NCBI GenBank assembly: GCA_963708075.1
Contig: OY970194.1
Span: 6,112,001 to 6,176,000, forward strand
From: Sedimentisphaerales bacterium
GTDB taxonomy: Bacteria > Planctomycetota > Phycisphaerae > Sedimentisphaerales > Anaerobacaceae
Direction: 5' to 3'
DNA length: 64,000 nucleotides
Under the pieces are notes generated by a model. The model saw only the letters and a list, made by a program, of their open reading frames with translations, ran no database searches and was not told the DNA's origin. Shown here piece by piece: positions 28,926-40,173 of this stretch. The position numbers were made by a program, and so were the translations under genes. Positions within the stretch are counted from its first letter, which is position 1; the number at the start of each line of letters is the position of its first letter.

Positions 28926-30263
28926 ATGAATCGACGTGATATGGTGAAGGGGTTTGGGTTCGGGGCCGCGGCGGGTATGCTGGGTTTTTTGCGGCCGACG
29001 AATGACGCCGCCGTCGCTCAGACGTATTCGAAGGCGACGCAGGGACTACCGCCTCTGAAGATCGCGAATATCAAGGCGGTTCTGACTGCGCCGGAGCGGA
29101 TTCGGCTGTGCGTGGTGAAGGTCGAGACGAGCGAGCCAGGACTTTACGGACTTGGATGCGCCACGTTCAATCAGCGGCCGCTCACCGTTGCCGCGGCGGT
29201 CAACGAGTATCTCGCCCCGTTCGCCAAGGGCCGGGATGTCGATAACATCGAGGACCTCTGGCAGAACGCATACACGAGTTCCTACTGGCGCAACGGACCT
29301 GTGCTGAACAACGCGCTGAGTGGCTTGGACCAGGCTCTGTGGGACATCAAGGGCAAGCGGGCCAATATGCCCGTTTATCAACTGCTCGGGGGCAAGTGCC
29401 GCTTTGCAGTTGATTGTTACACGCATTGCGGCGGCAGCGATCTCAAGCAGATCGAAGAGAGCGTGAAAAAGGCGATGGAGCGAGGTTTCCGACACATCCG
29501 CATCCAGCGGGGCGGCTATGGCTCGCCGCAACTGTCGAAGAAGGCCGACTACAAAGATGCGGGATTCGGGCTGCCTGTCGATTCAAACATGGCAGTCCGG
29601 CCGTACGTCGAGGCGACCGTCGAAATGTTCGACCACATCCGCAACGTGGTTGGCAAAGAGGTCGAGCTGCTCCACGACATCCACGAGCGAATCCCGCCCA
29701 TCGACGCGATCAACCTTTGTAAGCGGCTGGAACCATATCACCCATTCTTCATCGAGGACCCATTCTCGCCCGAGGACATCGGCTACTTCAAGATGCTCCG
29801 CCAGCAGACGAGCGTGCCCATCGCGATGGGAGAGTTGTTCAACAGCCCGCACGAATGGGTCGGCCTGATCTCCGAGCGGCTGATCGATTTCATCCGCGTG
29901 CACATCTCGCAGGTCGGCGGCCTGAGTGTCGCCCGCAAGATCGCAACGCTGGGCGAGTGGTTCAACGTTCGCAGCGCCTGGCACGGTCCGGGCGATGTCT
30001 CGCCCGTCGGCCACGCCGCCAATGCCCACCTGGACCTGGCCATCTGGAACTTTGGCATCCAGGAGAGCGTCACGTTCAACGAGAGAACCCAGGAGGTCTT
30101 CCCCGGCTGCCCCACGATGGAGAACGGCTATATGCGCGTCAACGAAGCCCCCGGCTTTGGTGTCGATCTCAACGAGGAACTGGCCGCCAAGTACCCGCTT
30201 CCCGAAAGGCCCGGCTACTGGGACCCCGTCCGAAGACCCGACGGCACCGCCGTGAGGCCGTGA
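28926..30263 (+). CDS. Enolase-superfamily sugar-acid dehydratase (RspA/ManD-like) with Tat signal
   Basis: MNRRDMVKG; YWRNGPV; LHDIHER; FIEDP; MGELF; WHGPGD. Confidence 0.88.
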   Translation: MNRRDMVKGFGFGAAAGMLGFLRPTNDAAVAQTYSKATQGLPPLKIANIKAVLTAPERIRLCVVKVETSEPGLYGLGCATFNQRPLTVAAAVNEYLAPFAKGRDVDNIEDLWQNAYTSSYWRNGPVLNNALSGLDQALWDIKGKRANMPVYQLLGGKCRFAVDCYTHCGGSDLKQIEESVKKAMERGFRHIRIQRGGYGSPQLSKKADYKDAGFGLPVDSNMAVRPYVEATVEMFDHIRNVVGKEVELLHDIHERIPPIDAINLCKRLEPYHPFFIEDPFSPEDIGYFKMLRQQTSVPIAMGELFNSPHEWVGLISERLIDFIRVHISQVGGLSVARKIATLGEWFNVRSAWHGPGDVSPVGHAANAHLDLAIWNFGIQESVTFNERTQEVFPGCPTMENGYMRVNEAPGFGVDLNEELAAKYPLPERPGYWDPVRRPDGTAVRP

Positions 30264-30304
30264 CCGAGGCAAGCATGCGGGGTGGGGCTCGCCCCACCAG
30301 AGCC

Positions 30305-32800
30305 CTACCACAAGTCCCTCCGGGTCGCGGGCTTTGGAAGGCCCGCGGCGAGGGCTTTCTCGCAGAGTCTGTCGCCCAGCGGCGTGGGGGAGTGGTGGAA
30401 GATCGCCTGGACGACATTTTCGTAGCTGTTCAGCGCCGCCAGAGCTTGCGACCATTCCTGCGGGTGCTCCGTATGGATGGATTCGGCTAGATCGAGGCAG
30501 ATGGCATAGTAAGCGGCACGGGCTGATTGCTGCTTTGAAGCCGGGTGCGTGATGTTTTCCTTGATTTCGCGTTGGAGCTTCTCTCTCAGGACGGCTGCCT
30601 GTCCGTCGGGGCTTTCCATGGGCTGAATACACTTTGGTTTCTGCGTGCTGATTCGGTAGACGGTTCGGCCGTCTTTCGTCCGTCGTTCACCGCCTTGTTC
30701 GACGATGACTCTCCCGGCCAGGTCGATCAGGCGGTCGGCGAAACTCGTGATCGTCTCGTCGGCGGGCATGTTCTCACGGGTGGTGTTCTTGTAGCGGTCC
30801 ACGATCTGCCAGCCTTGGGCCAACATCCAGCGGTAGCCCTTGATCACCCCGAGGATCGTGCCGGCGGTGGCGGCGTTGCAGTCGGCGTCCCAGCCAAAGT
30901 TGAACGCCGTGATCAGCGTTTTGACGAAATCGCCCTGGCCATAGAGCAGGGCGGCGATGATGGAGCCGGTGTTCAGCTCGTGGCCGTTGCGGTCGCGCAT
31001 CTCACCGTTGTGCTTGCTGTACTTCTGTTTCAAGAATTGTCGCGTTGTGCGCCAGTCGTCGGGGTGCTCCTTGTGCCAGCGGCGCACGTCTTTGATGATC
31101 TGGCAGATTTGGCTATTGGGGTCGATGGCCGAAAGGCCGGCGTCGAGGATGGCGTTCACATCATCCTCGACAAAGGCCGTGGCGATCATGCCGGTGAACA
31201 ATTGCGTGGTCTGGGCAGGCTCGCCGTCGATGGTGACACGGGTGTAGTTCAGGCCGATCTCTGCAGCCTTCTGCGGCATGGCCGGAGCGATCAGGCCGAA
31301 CGTCTCGCAGATGAACTGGCCGGAGATATTGAAATCCGCCCAGGGGTTGAAGACAGCCATCCCCGTCAGCGGCGGCTCGATCCCCAGGTCCATTAACTGC
31401 CGGGCGTAGAGATTCGAGCACCAGATGCGCGTGTTGATCCGTTCCCGCCACAACCGACAGATCCGCTGCGGCGGCAGGAGCAGACAGTTCTCATCCTGCA
31501 TCACCTTGATATAGACCCACTCGAAGTCCGTGTCGTCATCGGTCCACGCCCCTTGCGGCAACGAGGGAGTGTAGGTTGTGACATTGCCCGGCTCGGCGAT
31601 GTACTTCATCTCGTGGGGCAGGCCGTTGAGATTGCCGAGGATTTGTCCCAGCAGCCCGCCCCGAATCTTGTCCCGCAGCACCTCAGCGGGGATGTCCGCC
31701 GTCCGCTGAATACGCTTGTTGGCCTCGGCAATGGCCTTGAGCTGGTACGAGCGAGCGTTATCGGCACGCACACTCCATTGTGGTTGCCCCTTGTAGTCAA
31801 AGACCCACAGGGCGGCCAGCGGGACCTGCGCGTCTTCGATCACCCGCAGGAGGGTCTGGAACTGCTCCGCTGACTCAGAGGCCTGAATGCCGAACTCGCC
31901 GACAAACAAAGGCTTTCCGGCTCGTTTCGCTGCCTTCCGAGCCTCCGCGAGACGATCCGCCGCATCGTCGTACACGTGCACGCTGATCGTGTCCACGGGA
32001 TCGGGATTGTCGTCCCGGAGCATCTCGGCGAATTGCTCGGGGGAGTCCTTCGTCCACGTGCCCTCGTGCATCTGATGCCACGCGGAGGGTCGGGGAATCG
32101 AGTTGCCGGTGGAGATCATGCGATGCGGATCGTGCTTGCGGACCTCGCGTGCGAACTCGCGGAACGCCGTGCGGACCATCTCGTGCGTGAGGATGTCGCG
32201 GTCGCTGCGCGTGGCCGGTGTTCCAAGCTGCGGCAAGGTGGGCGGCAGATGCTCCTTTGCGTTCGGCAGGTCTGCGTCCAGGTTGTACTCGTTGCCGAAC
32301 TCCCATGCCCAGATCGCGGGCGAATTCAGGTACCGAGTCACAACCTCGCGGGTGTAGGTACGCATGAACTCGTGCGTTTTGCTGTTGGGATTGCCCCATT
32401 GATCGCAGGGCTCGTGCACCAGATCGGGGACGGCCGGCAGGTACCAGAACAAGCTGGGGATCAGGCCGGCGCCATGCTTTTCCGCCGAGCGAACGACGCC
32501 GTCCAGCAGCTCGAAGTACTTCGCCCTGTCCTTCAGGTACAGACTCATCTCGGCCGGCCAGAAACCTGTGCACATGAACCGGGCGAAGGGAATCCCATTG
32601 TCGGCGAGAATTCGAAAGCCGGCATCATACGACGTGTCATTGGGATCGTGGAGTGTGCGGGAGAAGGCGTCGAAGTAGTTGACGCCGATCGCGCGGCAGG
32701 GGGCTCCGTTCTTGAGCAATACTCCGTCGCGAACGCTCAGGCCCGGTGCGCCGGCGACGATTGCCGCGATCAAGCTGCACAACCATGGTGAAGCTGCCAT
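30305..32800 (-). CDS. Secreted GH5-like glycoside hydrolase fused to an ADP-ribosylglycohydrolase-like domain
   Basis: WEFGNE and VGEFG (clan GH-A catalytic motifs); DKIRGGLLGQILG, TDDDT, DADCNAATAG. Confidence 0.8.
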   Translation of the reverse strand: MAASPWLCSLIAAIVAGAPGLSVRDGVLLKNGAPCRAIGVNYFDAFSRTLHDPNDTSYDAGFRILADNGIPFARFMCTGFWPAEMSLYLKDRAKYFELLDGVVRSAEKHGAGLIPSLFWYLPAVPDLVHEPCDQWGNPNSKTHEFMRTYTREVVTRYLNSPAIWAWEFGNEYNLDADLPNAKEHLPPTLPQLGTPATRSDRDILTHEMVRTAFREFAREVRKHDPHRMISTGNSIPRPSAWHQMHEGTWTKDSPEQFAEMLRDDNPDPVDTISVHVYDDAADRLAEARKAAKRAGKPLFVGEFGIQASESAEQFQTLLRVIEDAQVPLAALWVFDYKGQPQWSVRADNARSYQLKAIAEANKRIQRTADIPAEVLRDKIRGGLLGQILGNLNGLPHEMKYIAEPGNVTTYTPSLPQGAWTDDDTDFEWVYIKVMQDENCLLLPPQRICRLWRERINTRIWCSNLYARQLMDLGIEPPLTGMAVFNPWADFNISGQFICETFGLIAPAMPQKAAEIGLNYTRVTIDGEPAQTTQLFTGMIATAFVEDDVNAILDAGLSAIDPNSQICQIIKDVRRWHKEHPDDWRTTRQFLKQKYSKHNGEMRDRNGHELNTGSIIAALLYGQGDFVKTLITAFNFGWDADCNAATAGTILGVIKGYRWMLAQGWQIVDRYKNTTRENMPADETITSFADRLIDLAGRVIVEQGGERRTKDGRTVYRISTQKPKCIQPMESPDGQAAVLREKLQREIKENITHPASKQQSARAAYYAICLDLAESIHTEHPQEWSQALAALNSYENVVQAIFHHSPTPLGDRLCEKALAAGLPKPATRRDLW

Positions 32801-32953
32801 GAGTACGAATCTCCTACTAAACTACGCGGACATGATAGCGGGACCAGTCCCATCTTGTCACGGTGGCTGATTCATTCCGTGCAGAAATTCCTGCATTGAC
32901 ATCAGGACTCGTTGTTGCTGAAGTACAGGCAGATTGCAGATGGAGTGACCTCT

Positions 32954-33853
32954 ATGAAGTACAGGCGACTGGGAAAGACCGGGTTGCAGGTGTCCGTGGT
33001 CGGGGTGGGGACATGGCAGCTCGGAGGCGAGTGGGGCAAGGAGTTCGAGCAGAGAGAGGTGAACGCGATCCTCTCGAAAGCGGCCGAGCTTGGGATCAAC
33101 CTGATCGACACGGCTGAGTGCTACGGGGATCATCTGGCGGAAAGACTCATCGGCAGGGCGATCCGGGGCCACCGTGAGAAGTGGATCATCGCCACCAAAT
33201 TCGGCCACAGGTTCAGTGGCCCCTTTCAACGGGACGACGTGTACGAGCCGGCACAGGTGCAGGACCAGTTGGCCCGATCGCTGGAGGCGCTACAGACGGA
33301 CTACATCGATCTGTACCAGTTCCACAGCGGCACGGACCCGATGTTCGACATGCCGGGACTGTGGGAGACATTGCGAGGCTTCGTCGACGCCGGGACCGTT
33401 CGGCACCTCGGTATCTCCGTCAGCAGCAAACGCGCCAGCCTTTACCAGGTGAACACCGCCTCGCAGGTCGGCGCCGAGGCCATCCAAGTCGTCTACAATC
33501 GTGTCAATCGCAGCGCCGAGCATGAGATTCTCCCGTCCTGCCGGCGACAGGACCTCGGCGTGCTGGCGCGGGTGCCGCTGGCCAGCGGATTCCTCAGCGG
33601 CAAGTACACGAAGGCTACCCGATTTCCGGCCACTGATGTCCGGACCGCCTGGCAGAGTGAGGAAGAGAGACGCAAGCTCATCGAGGAGGCTGAACAGATC
33701 AGGAAGATGGAAGTCCCCCAGGGCGCCCCCATGGCCCAGTGGGCCCTCGCCTGGTGCCTGCGAAACCCGGCCGTCTCCTGCGTCATCCCCGGCTGCAAGA
33801 ACGTCGAGCAGGTAGAGTCGAACGCCTTGGCTGCCGACCTGTTGCCCGGTTAA
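32954..33853 (+). CDS. Aldo/keto reductase
   Basis: YRRLGKTGLQVS; DTAECYG; IATKFG; DYIDLYQFH; PLASG. Confidence 0.92.
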   Translation: MKYRRLGKTGLQVSVVGVGTWQLGGEWGKEFEQREVNAILSKAAELGINLIDTAECYGDHLAERLIGRAIRGHREKWIIATKFGHRFSGPFQRDDVYEPAQVQDQLARSLEALQTDYIDLYQFHSGTDPMFDMPGLWETLRGFVDAGTVRHLGISVSSKRASLYQVNTASQVGAEAIQVVYNRVNRSAEHEILPSCRRQDLGVLARVPLASGFLSGKYTKATRFPATDVRTAWQSEEERRKLIEEAEQIRKMEVPQGAPMAQWALAWCLRNPAVSCVIPGCKNVEQVESNALAADLLPG

Positions 33854-33895
33854 CAGAGGTCGCAAAAGAGTCCCTCGTGGCGTGTTGTATGTATC

Positions 33896-33979
33896 CGGGT
33901 GGCAGCGGCAAGGGCCGAAGGCTTTGCCGATGGCGGATGGGCAAACCATCGGTAAGCCGGCGCTTGCCGCTGCCACCCG
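33896..33979. repeat. REP-like palindromic doublet (GGGTGGCAGCGGCAAG family), copy 2
   Basis: Same termini as 22247-22338; lies between convergent genes. Confidence 0.8.
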
Positions 33980-34000
33980 TTGAAAGCTGAAATGCACAAT

Positions 34001-36309
34001 CTACTTGGCGGCTTCGATCAGCCTTTTGCACAGGGCAACGTGCTCTTCGAGCGTCTTGGCAAGTTCCTCGTTGCCCTGGCTGTGGGCGAGGGCAAGGGCC
34101 TTTTCCTCGTGCTGCAGGGCCTCGCGGAACTTGCGGCTCTTGAGATAGCTCGTGGCGAACAGATGGTGCAGTGCGGCCGATGTGTCCACCCGGGGATTGA
34201 GGCTGACGGCCTTCTTGTAGAAGGCGAGGGCCTCATCGGTCCGGCCGAGGTCAGCCAGAGTGACGGCCAGCCGATAGTGCACTTCCGGATGGCTGGGGCT
34301 GCGGCGCAGGGCGTCCAACAGCGGGGCCTCCGCCTGCTTGGATTGGCCCGCCGCGATCAACGCTTCCGCAAGGCTGAGCCGCATCCGCACCGGCTCGTAC
34401 TGGTCGTCAAAACCATTTGGTGCTCGCTGGATCGACTCCGACAAAAGGCGAATAGCGTCGCCCAGTTTGCCCTGGTGCATGTACGCCATGCCGAGATCGT
34501 ACTGGATCCGCGGCTCCTGGGCGTCGAGCTTCGACGCTTTGAGCAGGTGGGTCATTCCCTCGTCGAATCTGCCCTTGACCTGGTAGAGGAGGAATCCGAG
34601 CTTATGGTGGGCCGTGACGTTGTCGGGATTCAGCTCCAGCGCCTTGTTGTACTCCGCGATAGCATTGTCCGCGTCCCCCTGATTGAAGAACTCGTTGCCT
34701 GCCCGGACGAAGGAATAGTCGTTGAGAAACTGCTCGTGGATTTTCACAATGGCGGTGGGCTGGGTATTGACGAATTCGGGGATATTCGCGGCCCGGTCGG
34801 CGCGGTCAAATGGGCCAGCAGAACCGCCGGAGAGCTCTCGCCATTTTCGTCGATGTGCGTAAGGCACAGTTGCGTGTAATCCGAGTACGCCTTGGAGCTG
34901 AAGACGAGCCATTTGCCATTTGGCGACCAGCTATGCCAGGAGTTCATCCGGCGGGTATTGGCGTGGAGCCTGCGGGCTTGGCCGCCCTCGGCGGGGATGA
35001 TGTATAGCTCACTGTCCGGCTGGAGCAGCATGTAGCTTCTGGCCTTGCAGAACACGATCCATCGGCCATCCGGCGAGTATCGTGGAAAGAAGTTGCTGAC
35101 GCCATTGTTCGATGCGCCTTTGATCGGCTCGGGCGTCCCTCCCTGGCCATCATTGAACGGGAGCCTGTAGAGGTCGAACAGGAACGGCTTGCCGTCCTCG
35201 ACAAATTCCTTGCATTCTTCGCGAGTCAGCAGGACTTTGCCTTGGCCCTGGGTATCCTTGAGGTCGTACGCCCGGGCCCGGGCAAAGACGATATACTTGC
35301 CGTCGGGGCTCCAGGTGGGATTGCTCTGGACGAACTCGGAGTTATCGGCGCCGGGCAGGGCGCGGAAGTCGCCCGTCTGCCTGTCGTACAGACACAGGAT
35401 GCCCTTGAGTGGGAAGAACAGTTGTGAGAAGGCCAGCGCCGGCTGGGGGACGAAGACGGATTTGTCTTTCACGGTGCTCAGGACGTACCGGCCGTCGGGC
35501 GAAATTTGTGACAACAGGCCGAACGTCTGCTCGCCGTCCTCTTTGCGATAATCGTTCCACGTGATGACGTCGCTGGTGGCGAGCGTCATTTGCGGCCGAA
35601 CCCGCGTGATCACATACGAGCCTTTGCTGTTGGCGTAGTCCACGTCCATCGCGAGGACGCTGCCGTCCCGGTTGAACGAGTGGCAATTGCCGCACACGGG
35701 CAGGTTCTGCAGTACGATCGGCGGCGGCTGCGGCGACGAGATCGCCCCAAATCGCCAGCGGATCAGCGACGGGTCCTTCACCGCGTCGACAAAGGGCAGG
35801 TTCACCTCGCGATAAAACAGCGGGGCGCCCACTTCATCCCTCGATGTCCGGATGGACAGGCGGGCGCCGGTGAGGATCTTCGGGGACGCATCGGCGGCTA
35901 CGCCAAGGATCGCGACACGGGCGTCCTGTTCCAGGGAACCATTTTTGATGGTCTCCCAATCCTGCGGCGAGGGCGTCCATTGTGGCTCGCGCGTCAGGAA
36001 ACTCATCGCCGACGCTCCATTGCCGAGTTCGATCCGGACGAGCCATGCGGAACATTTGGGATTGGCGTCGGTCCACCAGAACGTGGGCGGCACGATCTCC
36101 GGCGGAAACAGCGTCCCGTCGCCGGGATAGCTGATCGTAATGCCGGCGTAGTTCGCGTCCGCCCGATAGCCGGCGAGGACATCCTCAGCACGAATCGTGT
36201 CATGGCGAATAGCAATGAGTGCGATTGCCGCAATGATGACGACTGCGGCTGTGACAACTACACCTGCAAGGGCTTGCTTACTCATGACGGACTTTCTCGA
36301 TCGGGCCAT
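34001..36309 (-). CDS. TolB/PD40 beta-propeller + TPR protein with CxxCH motif; -1 frameshift at ~34799
   Basis: CGNCH; xSPDG repeats; continuation DRAANIPEF plus TPR repeats in another frame. Confidence 0.8.
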
Positions 36310-36397
36310 CCATCCCCGAGCTCATGCACGTCAGCATTGCCGTTCAGGCACCGTGGCGTCTTGGATGTTATCGGCCAAGCTCCGAAAAAAGTCCACG

Positions 36398-36436
36398 AAA
36401 AAAAGGAGCCTGTCCATGGGTACGGACAGGCTCCTT
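36398..36436 (-). terminator. Intrinsic terminator
   Basis: GGAGCCTGTCC-N8-GGACAGGCTCC followed by T7 on the minus strand. Confidence 0.85.
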
Positions 36437-36515
36437 GACTAAAATCTACTATGGTGCGACTGAGCCGATTCTTGGACCAGCCTGATCGCACTTACGGGCG
36501 AATCATTATTCGCCC

Positions 36516-39500
36516 CTACTTACCCGCAAGCGTCATGATCTCGGCCGCGGACAGAACTGTGTCATAGATCCGGACATCATCGAGCGCGCCGTTGAACGCG
36601 TTGCCCCCGTTCGGATCGTCGGAGCCGAAGTGCAGGGCTGCCTCCGTGTCCAGACCGAACGAGAAGCCACCGTTGCCGGTTTCTGCGCCATTGATGTAGA
36701 ACCTTGCGGTCGTCCCGTCGAAGGCCACAGCGACGTGGGTCCACACACCTACCGGTAGTGTGGCGCCGCCGCTGCCCGGGTAGCTGTCGTAGCGGGCGAA
36801 CCCGATCGTACCGCTATCCCGGTTGACCTCGAGATGCCACATCATGTCGTCCAGGGCCCAGCCGTCACGCTTGCCGATCAGACCCTGCCACTGGTCGCTG
36901 GCGCCATCCCACTTTGCCCACAAAGCAACGGTGAGCTTACCTGTTGCGGCCGAGGGGTTGAATGTGCCCAGCTCGACGTTCTGGTGGCCGCCGGTCCCAT
37001 CGAAGAGCATGCCCTGGCCCAGACCCGTCGGGCCGGCTACATACTTGGCTGGGAAGTTCGGGTCGCCGGCCAGCGTGCCGTCATGCCCGTTGCCGGTGCT
37101 GTCCGTCAGATTGCCATCGAGCTTGTAATGTGCGACCAGGCCCACCGGCTTCATGCCGATCCGGATATCGTCGATGAGCAGCATTCCAGCCGCTTTCGAC
37201 ACGGCCGTCCTGCTCCCGACGCCGATGGCCATCTTCGTGACAGCGGCCATATCCACGCCGGTGAAGTCCGCCATCGAGATCGTCCACTCGGTCCACGCCT
37301 CCGTCGTAAAAATGGCGGGATTGTTGTACGCCACAGTAATGGTCTTGCCGGCGCTATCCTCTATCCTGATATACAGGGCGTCGGCCACGTTACCGGCCTT
37401 GCCATAGACGTAGAGGTTCATTGCGTTGAAGCTGTTGACCGTCCAGTTCTGCGGCTGGGCCCACGTGCGCGTGGCCTCGGAGTATCCGGCAGTCTGGTTG
37501 TCGTAGTACAGGGGCATAGCCTGGCTGCCGCTGTGGACCGTCGCGGTCTCTATGATCGTCGGGTGCCCGCTGCCTGGCGTCCAGACATCGTGCCCGACGG
37601 CAGCGTCGCTGCCGTTGCCTTTATTGCCGCCCGGGAAGAACTCGTCTTCCGAGAAGCCGTAGCCGTCGGTCCAGATCTGGAACACACGGTTGGGCGAATC
37701 CTCGCCGTAGCTCTCGAAATCATCCACGACGAGGAAGTTGCCGGTCGTGAAGTCCCAAACCGGCCCGGCCCACGGGCTGTCCGGATTGGCATCGTTGACG
37801 GCGTCTATCCGCCAGAAGTACTGGGTGTTGAACTTCAGGAGATTGGGGTCGAAGCTGGTCCCATCGAGCGAGACGAAAAGCACGGCCGGGTCGCTGTCGC
37901 CTTCGGCGGCCGCCACCGCGGCGCGTGATGTGCCCAGATACAGGCTATGGGATTTCGCCTGCGCGCTGCGCTCCAATTGAGCAGGGTCTCGACGTTGATA
38001 TCCTTGGCCCCGCTTGTCGGCTGCGGATTCAGCGGGATGCCGCCGCCGGACAGCTTCATGTTGTCGATGTAGAACCACACCGTGCCGGCGTAGTCGGCAC
38101 TGTTCGCGTTGACGACCACTTGGAGCTCGAGATAGGTGACCTTGTCGAAGTTGGCGTTGATCTGGCTGATTACCTGGCTGTAGTCCCAGGTAACCGAGTC
38201 CGTCCTGTCGCCGTCGTTCTGCGTCCAGCCCGCCCGGTAGCCCAAGTCCCGATACCCACCGTCAAAGCCGGGCACCGCTGCGGCGTCGGTGTTGACGATG
38301 AAGTGCGTGCCATTCCAGGGGGGAATGTCGTCTACCGACCAATCCGCAACCAGGTGCGTGATATCGGCAGTAATCTTGGTGTTCGCGCGGAAGGCCGCCA
38401 AAATGTCCGCATTGTTCGGATCGAGGAGGTTCATCGTGAGGACGCCGGCCCAGGCACCAGTTTCGACCCAGATGTCGGCGCTGTAGTTGTCGAGGGTCAC
38501 GCCGTTGTGGTCGTTGAAAAGTACGTCGGCGCCGCCGCCCGCAACCCAGCGATCCATGTCCTGCTCCCAGTTGCCGAGGATGAAGTCGGTGCTCTTGCCC
38601 GTGTCAATCACGGGGCTGACGATTTGGATGTTGTCGATGTAGAACCTGGCCACGGAGGCTGGGTCCACGTTCGAGATCAGCAGGAACTCGAACCACCCGA
38701 TGGTGTCGTCCGCTCCGGCGATCTTGGTCGTCGCATCATCAGAAAGCACCCACTCGTATGTATGGGGCAGTCCGTCGCGCAGGATATCCTTACTGCCGAG
38801 GTCGATCCAGCCGACGTTTGCCGTTGAGTTGATGACCATCCCAACCTGCATCCAGGTCGTGGTCATGTCGGCCGAAAATGCCGTCACGTCCGCCGTGACC
38901 TTCACGCCCTTCGTTGCCAGCACTACGAGATGGGGCTTCGCGTCTACCTTGGTGAGTTGTTGCCATCCGCCGGGACCATCGACCTGCATAGCCTGGGTGC
39001 CCGCTGTCGCGCCGGTGGTGCCCACCGCGACTGTGCCGGCGGTCCAGGTATCTGTGTACCAGCCGCCAAGACCGCCTTCAAAGCTGCTTACCAGGATGCT
39101 CGCACTCGGCGCCTCGGAGGACACCTGGATGTTGTCGATGTAGAACTTGGTCACCGAGGCGCTGTCCAGGTTCGTCACCACCACCAGCTCGAAATACGAG
39201 ATGTTGTTGTCCGCTGCGGCTATCTTGGCCGTCAGTGCATCCGAAAGCACCCACGTGTACGTATGGGGCTGCCCGTCGCGTATGACATCCTGAGCGCCGA
39301 GCGAGTTCCAGCCGACGTTGTTGTTGGCGCCGTTGTCATTGTTGCTCTGGGCGTTGATGACCATTTCGACCTGCATCCACGCGGTGGTCATGTCAGCCGC
39401 AACCGCCGTCACATCCGCCGTGATCTTCACGCCCTTGGTTGCCAGTGTTGCGCGATGGGCTTTCGCGTCCAGCAGGGCATCTATGTGCCATTCGCCGGGA

Positions 39501-39694
39501 CCATCGACCTGCAGCGCCTGGGCGCCCACTGTCGCACCGGTTGCGCTGAACGAAAGTGTCATACCATCCCCTGCCCGCCAGTTGTCGAGGTTGCCTTCAA
39601 AGTCGCCCACCACATCACCGTAGCTGGTGGAAACGAGGGCGACCGCCAGGACGGCCATCAGGCCAATCCCATACGTAAATTTTTGTCGCATCAT
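36516..39694 (-). CDS. Large secreted protein: three repeated CBM-like domains and a C-terminal LamG-like jellyroll; -1 frameshift at ~37966
   Basis: Signal peptide; repeats ending FYIDN; YFWRID...GPVWDFT; VVDDFESY; WTHVAVAFDG...FNGALDDVRIY. Confidence 0.8.
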
Positions 39695-40015
39695 GATTTA
39701 CCCTCTCTTAAGACTATCCACTGAAATATCGTGATTACGCACAGAACTGACCTTCTACAACCTCCTTTCCCATGGAGCCCCGTCTACCGCGCAGACTCCT
39801 CACAAGTATATCCCCGCATCGGTTTTTCACCGCTTGCGAAAGAATTCTCAGGCCGCTCACATTAGAAGAAATGCGACCGACGAAATGATTGCGCTACCAA
39901 AGACCGCGTTACAAATCACACACTCCTGTCCACCCTACGAATAGGCCCCAATTCCCTTCGCCTGCATGATCCATCTCTAAATGAAATAGACGTTCATGCG
40001 CTTTTCCTTATTGCA

Positions 40016-40045
40016 ATCATAGCAGATACGGCTTCCCGATGTCAA
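40016..40045 (-). promoter_or_regulatory. Sigma70-like promoter
   Basis: TTGACA-N18-TATGAT with TGn extension, ~320 bp upstream of the ATG at 39694. Confidence 0.55.
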
Positions 40046-40145
40046 GCCTGATTGCACAATCGCCTCAACAAATAGGGCACAAGCTCGTCACGATCGGCGA
40101 GCACGTCCGGCAGGGGGATTCCACAGGCGCAGTTCGCGTGGACAG

Positions 40146-40173
40146 GTAGAGACGCAAGGTTTTGCGTCTCTAC
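40146..40173. repeat. GTAG-type REP palindrome
   Basis: GTAGAGACGCAA-GGTT-TTGCGTCTCTAC; overlaps the stop codon of the adjacent minus-strand gene. Confidence 0.75.
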
